From contig JANTFL010000018.1 of assembly GCA_024763455.1 (NCBI GenBank), forward strand, positions 1-32,852: 32,852 nt of DNA. Direction: 5' to 3'. Under the pieces are notes generated by a model, which ran no database searches, was not told where the DNA came from, and saw nothing but the letters and a program-made list of their open reading frames with translations. The position numbers and the translations under genes are program-made. This document shows positions 17,703-26,885 of this stretch, piece after piece. Numbering within the stretch: the stretch's first letter is position 1; each line of letters starts with the position of its first letter. The DNA comes from Sediminispirochaeta sp. GTDB lineage: Bacteria > Spirochaetota > Spirochaetia > B11-G9.

Positions 17703-18458
17703 TTAAAGATCTCTAAAATTGCCGAGCTTATAATACGGTTCCATAACCTCTTTTACCCACTCAGCTGATTTTACCGGACTAATACCCCAGTTGGTGGGGC
17801 ACATGGACAATACCTCAATAAAGGAGTATCCCTTACCTTCTATCTGGTTTTGGAGACCTTTTTTTATCGCTCTTTTCGTTTTAAGGACATGTTTGACATC
17901 ATAGACTGCACACCGTTCAATAAATACCGGAGCTTCCAGCGTATTTACAAGTTCACAGCCCCGGATAGGAAACCCAACATCGGCTGTATCCCTGCCGTAA
18001 GGGGTAGTTTTTGTTACCTGATTTTCCATTGTTGTCGGAGCCATCTGCCCGCCGGTCATACCATAAATGGCATTATTCATAAAAATGGTGGTAAAATTCT
18101 CCCCCCTGTTCGCGGCATGAATAGCTTCTCCGGTTCCAATGGCCAAAAGGTCACCGTCTCCCTGGTAGGAGATAACAACTTTATCCTTATGAACCCTTTT
18201 TAACCCGGTAGCGACGGCCGGAGCTCTTCCATGAGCAGCTTCACATCCGTCCACATCTATATAATTATACAGAAGAACGGAACACCCTACAGGCGCAACA
18301 ACAATGGTATCATCCCGTATACCCAGTTCATCAATTACTTCCGCCAGTATTTTGTGAACAATACCATGACCACAGCCGGGACAATAATGTGTCGGAACAT
18401 CAACCAGAGATTTCGGCCTGTCATACACATATTTAAAATCTGCTGCTTTAGCCTCCAT
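17703..18458 (-). CDS. 2-oxoacid:ferredoxin oxidoreductase, beta (TPP-binding) subunit.
   Basis: CPGCGHG motif and the TPP fold. It overlaps the alpha gene by 11 nt. Confidence 0.85.
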   Translation of the reverse strand: MEAKAADFKYVYDRPKSLVDVPTHYCPGCGHGIVHKILAEVIDELGIRDDTIVVAPVGCSVLLYNYIDVDGCEAAHGRAPAVATGLKRVHKDKVVISYQGDGDLLAIGTGEAIHAANRGENFTTIFMNNAIYGMTGGQMAPTTMENQVTKTTPYGRDTADVGFPIRGCELVNTLEAPVFIERCAVYDVKHVLKTKRAIKKGLQNQIEGKGYSFIEVLSMCPTNWGISPVKSAEWVKEVMEPYYKLGNFRDL

Positions 18459-19509
18459 AACTTCTCACCTTCCTTATTATTTCTTCTGAAACAGGGAGCA
18501 TACCCCCTGTACGGCCATAAAAATCAACCTTCGAATCATTCTGTACTGCAAGACGTACATCCTCAACCATTTGGCCAAGGCTCATCTCTACCGTGAGCAC
18601 TTTCTTTGCTCTATCAGATACAGCTTTAAGTTCTTTGTAAGGATAGGGCCACAATGTCAGCGGGCGAAACAACCCTACCTTGATGCCCTCTTTCCTGAGT
18701 TCCCCTATTGCTGAACGGCTGATCCTGGCACTGGTTCCATAGGCGACAATAACGTACTCTGCATCATCAAGAAGGTAGGATTCATACATAACTTCATTGG
18801 CTTCAATCTCTTGATAGGTTTTCTGCAGTTCTAAATTATGTTTTTCAAGTAAATCTTCAGGTGTTAAGCGCATTGATGCAATAATATTCGGTTTCCGCCC
18901 CTTTGCTCCTGTTAACGCCCAGGGTTTGTCGAAGGTTTTTCCGCTCGGTTCCGGCAGTGTAAAAGGTTCGGACATCTGACCAAGAAATCCATCTCCAAGT
19001 ATCATAACCGGAATGGAATAGTGATCTGCGAGATCAAATGCCTTGACTGTCATATCTGCCAGTTCCTGAACACTCGCCGGGGCAATCACCAGAACACGGT
19101 AATCGCCATTGCCTCCCCCTCTGGTAGCCTGAAAATAATCTGACTGGGATCCTGCTATGTTACCCAATCCCGGTCCGCCGCGCATCATATCTACAATAAC
19201 ACAGGGAAGTTCAGCCCCTGCTATGTATGAAATACCCTCCTGTTTCAGACTGATTCCAGGGGATGAAGATGAGGTCATAGCCCGGGCTCCTGCTGCAGAA
19301 GCACCAAACACCATATTAATGGCTGCAAGTTCGCTTTCAGCCTGCAAAAATGTACCCCCTACTTCAGGAAGCCTTTTTGCCATGTAGGCAGGTATCTCAT
19401 TCTGGGGAGTAATTGGATACGCAAAATAATGTCTGCATCCTGCGATAATTGCAGCTTCCCCAACCGCTTCGTTTCCTTTCATAAGTATTTGATCACTCAT
19501 AACAATCAC
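18448..19509 (-). CDS. 2-oxoacid:ferredoxin oxidoreductase, alpha subunit.
   Basis: A 353-aa protein with typical alpha-subunit domains. It overlaps the delta gene by 4 nt. Confidence 0.85.
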   Translation of the reverse strand: MIVMSDQILMKGNEAVGEAAIIAGCRHYFAYPITPQNEIPAYMAKRLPEVGGTFLQAESELAAINMVFGASAAGARAMTSSSSPGISLKQEGISYIAGAELPCVIVDMMRGGPGLGNIAGSQSDYFQATRGGGNGDYRVLVIAPASVQELADMTVKAFDLADHYSIPVMILGDGFLGQMSEPFTLPEPSGKTFDKPWALTGAKGRKPNIIASMRLTPEDLLEKHNLELQKTYQEIEANEVMYESYLLDDAEYVIVAYGTSARISRSAIGELRKEGIKVGLFRPLTLWPYPYKELKAVSDRAKKVLTVEMSLGQMVEDVRLAVQNDSKVDFYGRTGGMLPVSEEIIRKVRSYGG

Positions 19510-19724
19510 CCTTCCACATATTTGATAATTCGAATAGCTGATTCAGGACATATGATGGCACATGACCTGCACGTTGTACATGCTTCCTCGTTGACACAGA
19601 CCGCATACGCCAGCCCCTGCCGATTGAATCTTTCACCTATTCCCATGATATTTTCGGGACACACTGCATTGCACAGCATACACCCTTTACACCGCTCGAC
19701 ATCTACTATTGGTTTTCCCCGCAT
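19506..19724 (-). CDS. 2-oxoacid:ferredoxin oxidoreductase, delta subunit (2x[4Fe-4S] ferredoxin).
   Basis: CKGCMLCNAVCP and CTTCRSCAIICP motifs. Gene order delta-alpha-beta-gamma. The substrate (pyruvate, 2-oxoglutarate or branched-chain) is undetermined. Confidence 0.85.
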   Translation of the reverse strand: MRGKPIVDVERCKGCMLCNAVCPENIMGIGERFNRQGLAYAVCVNEEACTTCRSCAIICPESAIRIIKYVEG

Positions 19725-19899
19725 GAAAGCTCTCCTTTCTTACAGTATTCATTATATGATACACCGTTTTATTATATAAAACAAGTTTTTCTTTGTATCA
19801 TTTATCGGTCCTCACCCGATAAACCTATCATACTTAACCCGGGAAATAAATAGTATATGCCGATTTACTTATCAAAAAGAAAGATATATACTCGATTTT

Positions 19900-22062
19900 A
19901 TGGTCAACAATCTACAGTTTTACGCCGCCTCCCCCCGGAACCTGACTGATCTCATGGCGAAAGAGGTCAGCTCATGCGGTGGTACAAATCTTACAGAAAC
20001 CACCACCGGTATCTATTTTACCGGAACTATGGAAACCGCCTGCAGATTTCTTGTATGGTCCCGGGTTGGAAGCAGGCTTTTTCTGCAACTGAAAACCTTT
20101 GACATCGAAACACCGGAAGATATATACAATGGAGTCTACGCATATCCCTGGGACTGGGAGTTTTCTCCGTCTGCAGCAATTACCATCGGTACAGATCTCA
20201 TTAAAACAGATGTTGTAAATCACCAAAACTTCGCTTCCCAAAAGGTGAAGGATGCCATTGTTGATCAGTTCAGGGAAAAATTCGGAGAAAGACCTCAGAT
20301 CGACAATAAAAATCCCGACATCACCCTTCATCTACTGATAAAAGAGAGCACAGCGGTTCTCGGCATGGATCTCGGAGGAGAAAGTCTGCATCAGCGGGGT
20401 TACAGAACGGTAAGCGGTCCTGCCCCATTGAAAGAAAATAGTGCAGCAGGAATCCTGCTGAGGAGTGGCTGGCCGGAGATAGCAGAAAAAGGGGGCTCAT
20501 TTATTGATCCTTTCTGCGGAACGGGAACTCTGTTGATTGAAGCGGCGATGATTGCAGGAGATGTAGCTCCCGGCCTCCTGAAACGGAGAAAGGGAATGGA
20601 CGCCTGGAAACGGTTCACCCCTGAAATTATGGAAAACGTTTTAAAGGAAGCAGAAGGCAGAAGGGCTGCAGGTAAACGCAGGATTCCCAAAATATACGGT
20701 TTTGACAAAGACAGGAACGCAGTTACATCTGCCTTGAAAAACATATCTTCCGCCGGATTTGACAGATATATCCATGTTGAGAAAAGAGAGTTCAGGGATC
20801 TGTCAGTTTCCTTTTTGCCCCCCGGCCTTATGGTATCCAATCCCCCTTACGGAGAACGGTTGGATGAGATTGAAGCCCTTATGCCCTTGTACAAGAGCAT
20901 AGGAGCTGTCTCTTCAAAGGAACTCCATGGCTGGAAAATAGCTGTGCTCTCCGGAAATATCAAGCTTTCAAAAGCTATAGGATTGAAACCGGATAAGGTC
21001 AACACGATATTTAACGGACCGATAGAATGTTCGCTTGGAGTTTTTCGGATATATTCTGATAAAGAAAAATCAGATTTAAAGGAAACCATTTCAAAGAAGA
21101 TTTCAGAAAGAGCTCCCTCATCCCCCGGTGCAGAGATGTTTGCCAACCGGCTCAGGAAGAACCTGAAAGGTTTGAAGAAATGGGCAGTAAAGAGCGATGT
21201 TACAAGTTACAGGATCTATGATGCGGATATGAGTGAATACTCTGCGGCAATCGACTACTACGAAGGGAAATGGCTGAACCTGCAGGAGTATGCTCCGCCA
21301 AAGGAGATCCCTCTGGACAAAGTAAAAAGGCATAGAGAGGAGATGATTGATGGGCTACTCTCTGTCATACCGGTCTACAAGCAGGATCTCTTTATAAAAA
21401 TAAGGAAAAGACAGGCAGGGAAATCCCAATATAACAAGATTTCAGCTGTTAATGATAAAAAGATTATCCATGAGAACGGACACTCTTTTTATATTAATCT
21501 TTCTGATTACCTTGATACAGGAATATTCCTTGATCACCGGGAAACAAGAAAACTGATTGAGTCCATGTCAGCAGGGAAGCGGTTTCTGAACCTCTTCGCA
21601 TATACCGGGACGGCAACGGTGTATGCTGCAGCAGGAGGGGCAGCCGGTACAACAACGGTAGATATGTCTTCTACCTACCTTGAATGGGCAAAAGATAATA
21701 TGAAACTCAACGGGTTTACCAAAGACAATCACCGCTTTGTCAAGGCTGATGTTCTTACCTGGCTGCAGAGAGAGAAAAAGGGGTATGATCTTATATTCCT
21801 TGATCCCCCGACCTTTTCAAACTCAAAAAATATGGATAAAACCTTTGATATTCAACGGGATTATCCGGATCTTTTACACTGGACAACCGGACTCCTGAAT
21901 TCCGGGGGGAAGCTTATCTTTTCAACCAATTTCAGGAAGTTCAAGCTGAACAGCACCATTTTCCCGGAACTTGAGATCCATGACATCTCGGAGGAAACAA
22001 TACCGGTTGATTTTTCAAGGAATAAAAAGATACACTACTGTTGGGAAATAAGGAGAAAATAA
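19900..22062 (+). CDS. rlmL: Bifunctional 23S rRNA methyltransferase RlmKL (m2G2445/m7G2069).
   Basis: A 720-aa protein with an N-terminal THUMP/RlmL half (PFCGTGTLLIE SAM motif) and a C-terminal RlmK half (FAYTGTATV, DPPTFSNSK). Confidence 0.85.
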   Translation: MVNNLQFYAASPRNLTDLMAKEVSSCGGTNLTETTTGIYFTGTMETACRFLVWSRVGSRLFLQLKTFDIETPEDIYNGVYAYPWDWEFSPSAAITIGTDLIKTDVVNHQNFASQKVKDAIVDQFREKFGERPQIDNKNPDITLHLLIKESTAVLGMDLGGESLHQRGYRTVSGPAPLKENSAAGILLRSGWPEIAEKGGSFIDPFCGTGTLLIEAAMIAGDVAPGLLKRRKGMDAWKRFTPEIMENVLKEAEGRRAAGKRRIPKIYGFDKDRNAVTSALKNISSAGFDRYIHVEKREFRDLSVSFLPPGLMVSNPPYGERLDEIEALMPLYKSIGAVSSKELHGWKIAVLSGNIKLSKAIGLKPDKVNTIFNGPIECSLGVFRIYSDKEKSDLKETISKKISERAPSSPGAEMFANRLRKNLKGLKKWAVKSDVTSYRIYDADMSEYSAAIDYYEGKWLNLQEYAPPKEIPLDKVKRHREEMIDGLLSVIPVYKQDLFIKIRKRQAGKSQYNKISAVNDKKIIHENGHSFYINLSDYLDTGIFLDHRETRKLIESMSAGKRFLNLFAYTGTATVYAAAGGAAGTTTVDMSSTYLEWAKDNMKLNGFTKDNHRFVKADVLTWLQREKKGYDLIFLDPPTFSNSKNMDKTFDIQRDYPDLLHWTTGLLNSGGKLIFSTNFRKFKLNSTIFPELEIHDISEETIPVDFSRNKKIHYCWEIRRK

Positions 22063-22063
22063 T

Positions 22064-22819
22064 ATGACTGATGAAGATATGATAAAGGGAACACAGAAGA
22101 AACTGGCCGTTCTGATTGATGCTGATAATACACAGCCTTCAATTATTGAAGGACTTCTGGCAGAAGTTGCCAAGTACGGGATTGCCAGTGTAAAAAGGAT
22201 ATACGGAGATTGGACCGGTCCGCAGCTCAAAGGATGGAAGGAGACTCTCCTGGAGTTCTCAATAGTACCAATCCAGCAGTTCGGGTATACTGTCAGGAAA
22301 AATTCTACTGACAGCTCAATGATTATTGATGCAATGGACCTTCTTTACACCGAAAAACTGGATGGTTTTTGTCTTGTTTCCAGCGACAGTGACTTTACCA
22401 GACTTGCTTCAAGAATTAGAGAGGAAGGACTGCTCGTCCTGGGTTTCGGAGAACTTAAAACGCCGCGGCCCTTTGTCGTAGCCTGTGACAAATTTATATA
22501 CACCGAAATCCTCAGAGAGGATTCCACCGAAACTATCCACAAGAATCTTGGCAGCCGTAACCTTAAGCAGGATACAAAGCTGGTGTCCCTCTTACGAACT
22601 GCAGTTGAGGACTCAGCGGATGACAGTGGATGGGCTTATCTTGGAAACGTGGGGCAGAATATTGCTAAAAAATCACCTGAATTTGACTCAAGAAATTACG
22701 GATACAAGAAACTGGGCGAGCTTATGGATGCAACAGATCTTTTTGAGAAGGATGAAAGAGTCCAGAATAACTCTCCGGGGAAACTGCTGTACTTCAGAGA
22801 TAAACGTAAAAAAAAGTAG
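22064..22819 (+). CDS. NYN-domain (LabA-like, PIN-fold) protein with a C-terminal OST-HTH/LOTUS domain.
   Basis: KKLAVLIDADN ... CLVSSDSDF is NYN. WAYLGNVGQNIAKKSPEFDSRNYGYKKLGELM is OST-HTH. The start codon lies 1 nt after the rlmL stop. Confidence 0.75.
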   Translation: MTDEDMIKGTQKKLAVLIDADNTQPSIIEGLLAEVAKYGIASVKRIYGDWTGPQLKGWKETLLEFSIVPIQQFGYTVRKNSTDSSMIIDAMDLLYTEKLDGFCLVSSDSDFTRLASRIREEGLLVLGFGELKTPRPFVVACDKFIYTEILREDSTETIHKNLGSRNLKQDTKLVSLLRTAVEDSADDSGWAYLGNVGQNIAKKSPEFDSRNYGYKKLGELMDATDLFEKDERVQNNSPGKLLYFRDKRKKK

Positions 22820-22835
22820 AGCTCTTAAGCTCTAC
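22807..22835. terminator. Hairpin GTAGAGCT ctta AGCTCTAC with A8 upstream. It acts as a terminator for the minus-strand small ORF and weakly for the NYN gene.
   Basis: Perfect 8-bp stem overlapping the NYN stop codon. Confidence 0.5.
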
Positions 22836-22998
22836 CTGGATCTTTGATTTGATCATCGTCCATCTTTATGGGCATTTTTACCGAGGATGTTGTTTCCTGC
22901 TGATTCCAATGAAAAAGGACATAAACAATACACCCTATGGTGGAAAAAAATATAACTGCATGTGCAATCGAAATTGCTGTATCTGAAGGGCTTAACAT
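22825..22998 (-). CDS. Hypothetical small membrane protein (57 aa, one TM segment).
   Basis: Internal ATG with an AGGAG RBS 8 nt upstream. Hydrophobic core AVIFFSTIGCIVYVLF. The longer 103-aa ORF in the track lacks an RBS. Confidence 0.3.
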   Translation of the reverse strand: MLSPSDTAISIAHAVIFFSTIGCIVYVLFHWNQQETTSSVKMPIKMDDDQIKDPGRA

Positions 22999-23086
22999 GT
23001 ACACGTCTCCTGTTTTTTTTTGGAGTATATCATAAATATTGTCGGACGGGAAGCCGAAATGTATAAATTTTAATAAGGATTTTACC

Positions 23087-23830
23087 ATGAATTTATTGCA
23101 AAATAAAACTGCAATTTTAACAGGAGCAACAGGCAAACTCGGAAGCTGTCTTGCTCAAGCCTTAATGAAAGAAGGGGTACATCTCGTTCTCCAGTACAAC
23201 AGTTCAGAAACAAGAGCTGAAGAACTCATAAAATTCTCTAAAATAAACAGGGTAAGGGCTGCTGCTGTAAAACTCAATATGCTGAAGCAGGAGTCCCTGC
23301 AGGTACTTATAGAGGAAGCAATAAGCCTAACCGGCAGGATCGATTATCTTATCAACTCCGCTTCCACTTATAAAAGCAGCTCCCTAAGCGATATCACAGC
23401 GGCTGATATAATCGAAGCTGTCACAGTAAATGCTGCAGCACCGCTTCTGCTCTCCAGAGAATTCAGGAATCAATGTAAAACCGGAGCAATAGTAAATATC
23501 CTTGATGCCCGTATGGTTGATTATGATAAAAATCACCTAGCTTACTCGTTAAGCAAACAGATGCTGTTCTCTCTCACACGGATGATGAGTATTGAGTTTG
23601 CTCCCGATATAAGGGTAAATGCCATAGCACCGGGAATTGTAACAATCCCGGAGGGGACTACAGAGGATACAGTTGCAAAGATGGAAGATGCAACAGTTCT
23701 CAAAAAGACCGGAACCGGTGAGGATGTTGTATCAGCTTTGATCTACCTGCTTTCAAACAGTTTTGTAACAGGAGAAACGCTCTTTGTCGACGGCGGCAGG
23801 AATTTAAGGGGAAAGATGTTCGGATTATAA
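23087..23830 (+). CDS. SDR-family NAD(P)-dependent oxidoreductase.
   Basis: TGATGKLG dinucleotide-binding motif, NSAS, and YxxxK (YSLSKQ). Start chosen at the Met with an AAGGA RBS. Confidence 0.8.
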   Translation: MNLLQNKTAILTGATGKLGSCLAQALMKEGVHLVLQYNSSETRAEELIKFSKINRVRAAAVKLNMLKQESLQVLIEEAISLTGRIDYLINSASTYKSSSLSDITAADIIEAVTVNAAAPLLLSREFRNQCKTGAIVNILDARMVDYDKNHLAYSLSKQMLFSLTRMMSIEFAPDIRVNAIAPGIVTIPEGTTEDTVAKMEDATVLKKTGTGEDVVSALIYLLSNSFVTGETLFVDGGRNLRGKMFGL

Positions 23831-23842
23831 AAGATATAAAAA

Positions 23843-23883
23843 CTGCTGCAGCTCCTTTTCATTAAAAGAGGCAGGCAGCAGAT
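23843..23883. terminator. Imperfect hairpin between the convergent SDR and kinase genes.
   Basis: CTGCTGCAGCTCCTTTT ... AAAAGAGGCAGGCAGCAG. Confidence 0.4.
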
Positions 23884-23895
23884 AAGCATCGGGAT

Positions 23896-24852
23896 TTATA
23901 GTTTTACACCGTATTCCTGCTTCAGAAAATCAATATTCCTGAGAGTATTTTCATACTTGATTTTCCCATAATTATAAAAATCGAAATCGATTGAAGATAC
24001 ATTCTTCTGAATCAGACTCCATAAAAACCAGTATATATCCGGGAAGGGTTTAAACATATCCACATAAAAAAGGGTTTCTTCAACATTACTGTTCTCACAA
24101 TAGTGCTCTATCAATTTTTTCTCCACCCTCCTGGGGACAAGGACCTCCTGAAACATGTCAGCCAAATCGTAGTATTTCGGCCCCATCGCAGCATACTCCC
24201 AGTCTATAATATACATTGGCATTTCAAATTTGTCCTTGTAAGCTTCGGTTACCTGTATAAAGTTATCAGCCAGAAGGTCGTTATGGGTAATAACATAATC
24301 ACTCTTCGGAATATCAATTGCTTCGTTCAATTTCTTCAGGGTGTTTAAAACCACCTTGATGTCAAATTCCGGGTATTCTACATTCAGACTATCCAGAATA
24401 CCCCCCAGTTTCATACACTGCTCGTAGGGATTAAAATGATAATCCAGTTCAGCACCGCTAGTATGTATCCTGCGGATAGGATCAACTATCAGGTCCCACA
24501 TCTCTTCCCGTACAAAGTCTTCGTTCTTTAAGGTATATGCTCCTGTGAGAAACTCTACAATGGTAACATGTTTGCCCGGAAGATAAGCAACAGGTTTTGT
24601 TGTTATTTTTGCTTCCGCCATTTGAGTGAGCGCCTTGTACTCCCTGTCCCGGTCAATAAACATCTCTGTTTTATCACCATAGACACGTATTGCAACATCT
24701 CCTTTGCTGCAGAATGCCCGGTAAAGCTTGTTTGTTATTCCACCTGAGAGGACCGAAACGGTAATATCCTCTCCTTCCCAATCAGGAAGCAGATCCAGAA
24801 CAATTTCGGAAGTAAACTCCACTTTAAGTAAATCCGGAGTATTTGTTGTCAC
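23896..24852 (-). CDS. Choline/ethanolamine kinase-family phosphotransferase (LicA-like).
   Basis: Brenner motif HNDLLADN and IDWEYA (IDxEY). A GTG start is preceded by AAGGAGG. Confidence 0.7.
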   Translation of the reverse strand: MTTNTPDLLKVEFTSEIVLDLLPDWEGEDITVSVLSGGITNKLYRAFCSKGDVAIRVYGDKTEMFIDRDREYKALTQMAEAKITTKPVAYLPGKHVTIVEFLTGAYTLKNEDFVREEMWDLIVDPIRRIHTSGAELDYHFNPYEQCMKLGGILDSLNVEYPEFDIKVVLNTLKKLNEAIDIPKSDYVITHNDLLADNFIQVTEAYKDKFEMPMYIIDWEYAAMGPKYYDLADMFQEVLVPRRVEKKLIEHYCENSNVEETLFYVDMFKPFPDIYWFLWSLIQKNVSSIDFDFYNYGKIKYENTLRNIDFLKQEYGVKL

Positions 24853-24880
24853 GAAAACCTCCTTTCGCCTTCACATATGA

Positions 24881-24915
24881 CTGTTCTACTGCAGAAAATA
24901 ACTGCGGTAGAACAG
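24881..24915 (-). terminator. Hairpin downstream of dctM, 14-bp stem with one mismatch and no U-tract.
   Basis: CTGTTCTACTGCAG aaaataa CTGCGGTAGAACAG. Confidence 0.4.
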
Positions 24916-24933
24916 TTTCCACAAAACTCTGAC

Positions 24934-26253
24934 CTAATTTTTATACACCAGCCGGGGAAGCCAGGTAGCAAGATCAGGAAAGATCATCACAATAACCAGG
25001 CCAAGTATCATAAGTCCGACAAAAGGCCACACAGAACGGTAGATATCACTCAATGTTATTTCCTTGGGAGCCATTGCCTTCATAAGAAACAAATTATACC
25101 CGAAGGGAGGGGTCAGGTATGCAATCTGACAGGTAATCGTATAGAGAATACCATACCAAATAGGGCTGAATCCCAATTCTATTATAAGTGGAACATACAG
25201 AGGAGCGACTATTATCAGCATGGCTGTATCGTCCAAAAACATACCCATCAGAATATAGGAGAGCTGCATCATAAGGATAATTCCCCACTTACCAAAACCA
25301 TAGTTAAGAAAGAGGTTTTTAATTGCATGTACAGCTCCGAGGCCGTCAAAAACGGCACCGAATGCAAGAGCTGCAAGAATAACCCACATGAACATACAGC
25401 TCACACTCAGAGTCTCAACAAGGACATCCATAAAACCCTTCCAATCGAGACGCTTTTTATACAGAGCAACCAAAGTTACTGAGACAGCTCCTACTGCTGA
25501 ACTTTCTACAAGCGAAGTGACTCCCATAAAAAATAAACCTGACATCATAAAAATAATAAGCACAGGAGGGATACCTGCCAGAAGAAGCTCAAGCTTTTCT
25601 TTCAGAGGCATGGTGCGTTCTTCTTTTGATAGAGCAGGACCAATATCCGGCTGAATAAAAGCCCGGATAAGAATATAAACAATAAAAAGACCCGTAAGAA
25701 GGAGTCCCGGGAATACGCCGGCAAGCCACAGCCTCCCAACAGGCTGCCGGGCTATCATGCCGTAAAGTACCAGCACAACACTCGGTGGTATCATTATTCC
25801 AAGGGAACTGCCTGCTTGTATTACTCCGGTTACCATTACTTTGTCGTACTTGCGCTTCAGCATTTCAGGAAGTGCTATGGATGTACCAATTGCCATACCT
25901 GCAACACTCAAACCGTTCATGGCAGCTATTACTGACATGAGGACAATTGTGCCTATTGCCAAGCCGCCCCGTACAGGTCCGAACCATACATGCATCATCC
26001 TGTACAGATCATCTGCTATTCCCGCCTTGGAAAACATATATCCCATAAAGATAAAAATGGGTAATGTTAAAAGGGGATACCAGTTTAAAAGTGAGAAAAC
26101 CGCGTGAAACGGAAGCCCTGAGCCTCCCTTACCCCACAAAAGAAGTGAAAATATGGTGGCTACCCCACCGATTACAGCATAAATATGCCGGCCGGTAAGA
26201 AGCATTGTAATCATTGACATAAACATCAAAATAGCCATCAATTCATATGTCAT
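24934..26253 (-). CDS. dctM: TRAP transporter large permease DctM.
   Basis: A 439-aa polytopic permease. It overlaps dctQ by 4 nt. Confidence 0.9.
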   Translation of the reverse strand: MTYELMAILMFMSMITMLLTGRHIYAVIGGVATIFSLLLWGKGGSGLPFHAVFSLLNWYPLLTLPIFIFMGYMFSKAGIADDLYRMMHVWFGPVRGGLAIGTIVLMSVIAAMNGLSVAGMAIGTSIALPEMLKRKYDKVMVTGVIQAGSSLGIMIPPSVVLVLYGMIARQPVGRLWLAGVFPGLLLTGLFIVYILIRAFIQPDIGPALSKEERTMPLKEKLELLLAGIPPVLIIFMMSGLFFMGVTSLVESSAVGAVSVTLVALYKKRLDWKGFMDVLVETLSVSCMFMWVILAALAFGAVFDGLGAVHAIKNLFLNYGFGKWGIILMMQLSYILMGMFLDDTAMLIIVAPLYVPLIIELGFSPIWYGILYTITCQIAYLTPPFGYNLFLMKAMAPKEITLSDIYRSVWPFVGLMILGLVIVMIFPDLATWLPRLVYKN

Positions 26254-26789
26254 GCTATTTCCCTCCCGAATACTTTTCCAAGATTTTTTATAAACTCTGC
26301 TATCATCTGCAGGAACATCAGGGAAATTCCTATCTGCAGGATAATTTTAATGGGAATCATTGATGGTGCCCAGGAAGAATAACTTACCTGTTTGTATTTG
26401 ATCGCATACAGTAACCCTTTCCACCCCCCATACCAGAGAATAGCCAGGTAGAGGATGGCAACTGCAAAGGTAAGGACATCTGAAAGTGCCTGGTTTTTCG
26501 GACTCCACCGGTGGTATGCAAGGTCCATTCTTACATGACCGCCTATAATAAGGACATAGGCTCCCCCAAGTATGTAGTAAGCTGCCATAACAAACTGTGT
26601 AAATTCCACAGCCCATATCTGTGCACTGTTGAATAAAAGCCTGGATAATGTTTCGAGTAAAAGAATTGCCATCATAACCAAAACCAAAAACATGGCTCCT
26701 TTTCCGACAATCTCGCTTATTTTATCCATTGCACGGACATATGCACGCGCACTTCTAAAAAGTAATCCGGGCTGTTCTGCTTTGCCCAT
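26250..26789 (-). CDS. dctQ: TRAP transporter small permease DctQ.
   Basis: 4 TM segments. Start placed at the second Met (MGKAEQ), which has a GAGGAGG RBS. The track's upstream Met lacks one. Confidence 0.8.
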   Translation of the reverse strand: MGKAEQPGLLFRSARAYVRAMDKISEIVGKGAMFLVLVMMAILLLETLSRLLFNSAQIWAVEFTQFVMAAYYILGGAYVLIIGGHVRMDLAYHRWSPKNQALSDVLTFAVAILYLAILWYGGWKGLLYAIKYKQVSYSSWAPSMIPIKIILQIGISLMFLQMIAEFIKNLGKVFGREIA

Positions 26790-26828
26790 TAGTTTCCTCC
26801 TCATCTTCCGGTGTGAATAAAACCAACC

Positions 26829-26851
26829 TCCCCTGATAGTGAATCAGGGGA
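26829..26851 (-). promoter_or_regulatory. Intercistronic hairpin (9-bp stem) plus a U-rich tract between dctP and dctQ. Attenuator-like.
   Basis: CCCCTGAT agtga ATCAGGGG. The minus-strand transcript continues GGUUGGUUUUAUU. Confidence 0.55.
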
Positions 26852-26885
26852 AGTTTTTAGTGAATTTATTAGAATCCGCTGTCTA

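Noticed and set aside
23039-23086. N-terminal extensions of track ORFs: 23039 for the SDR, 30362 for the FtsX permease, 28174 for GntR, 26804 for DctQ and 1850 (TTG) for NUDIX.
   Set aside because: Internal Mets with proper SD spacing give canonical N-termini. The extensions overlap upstream genes or lack RBSs.
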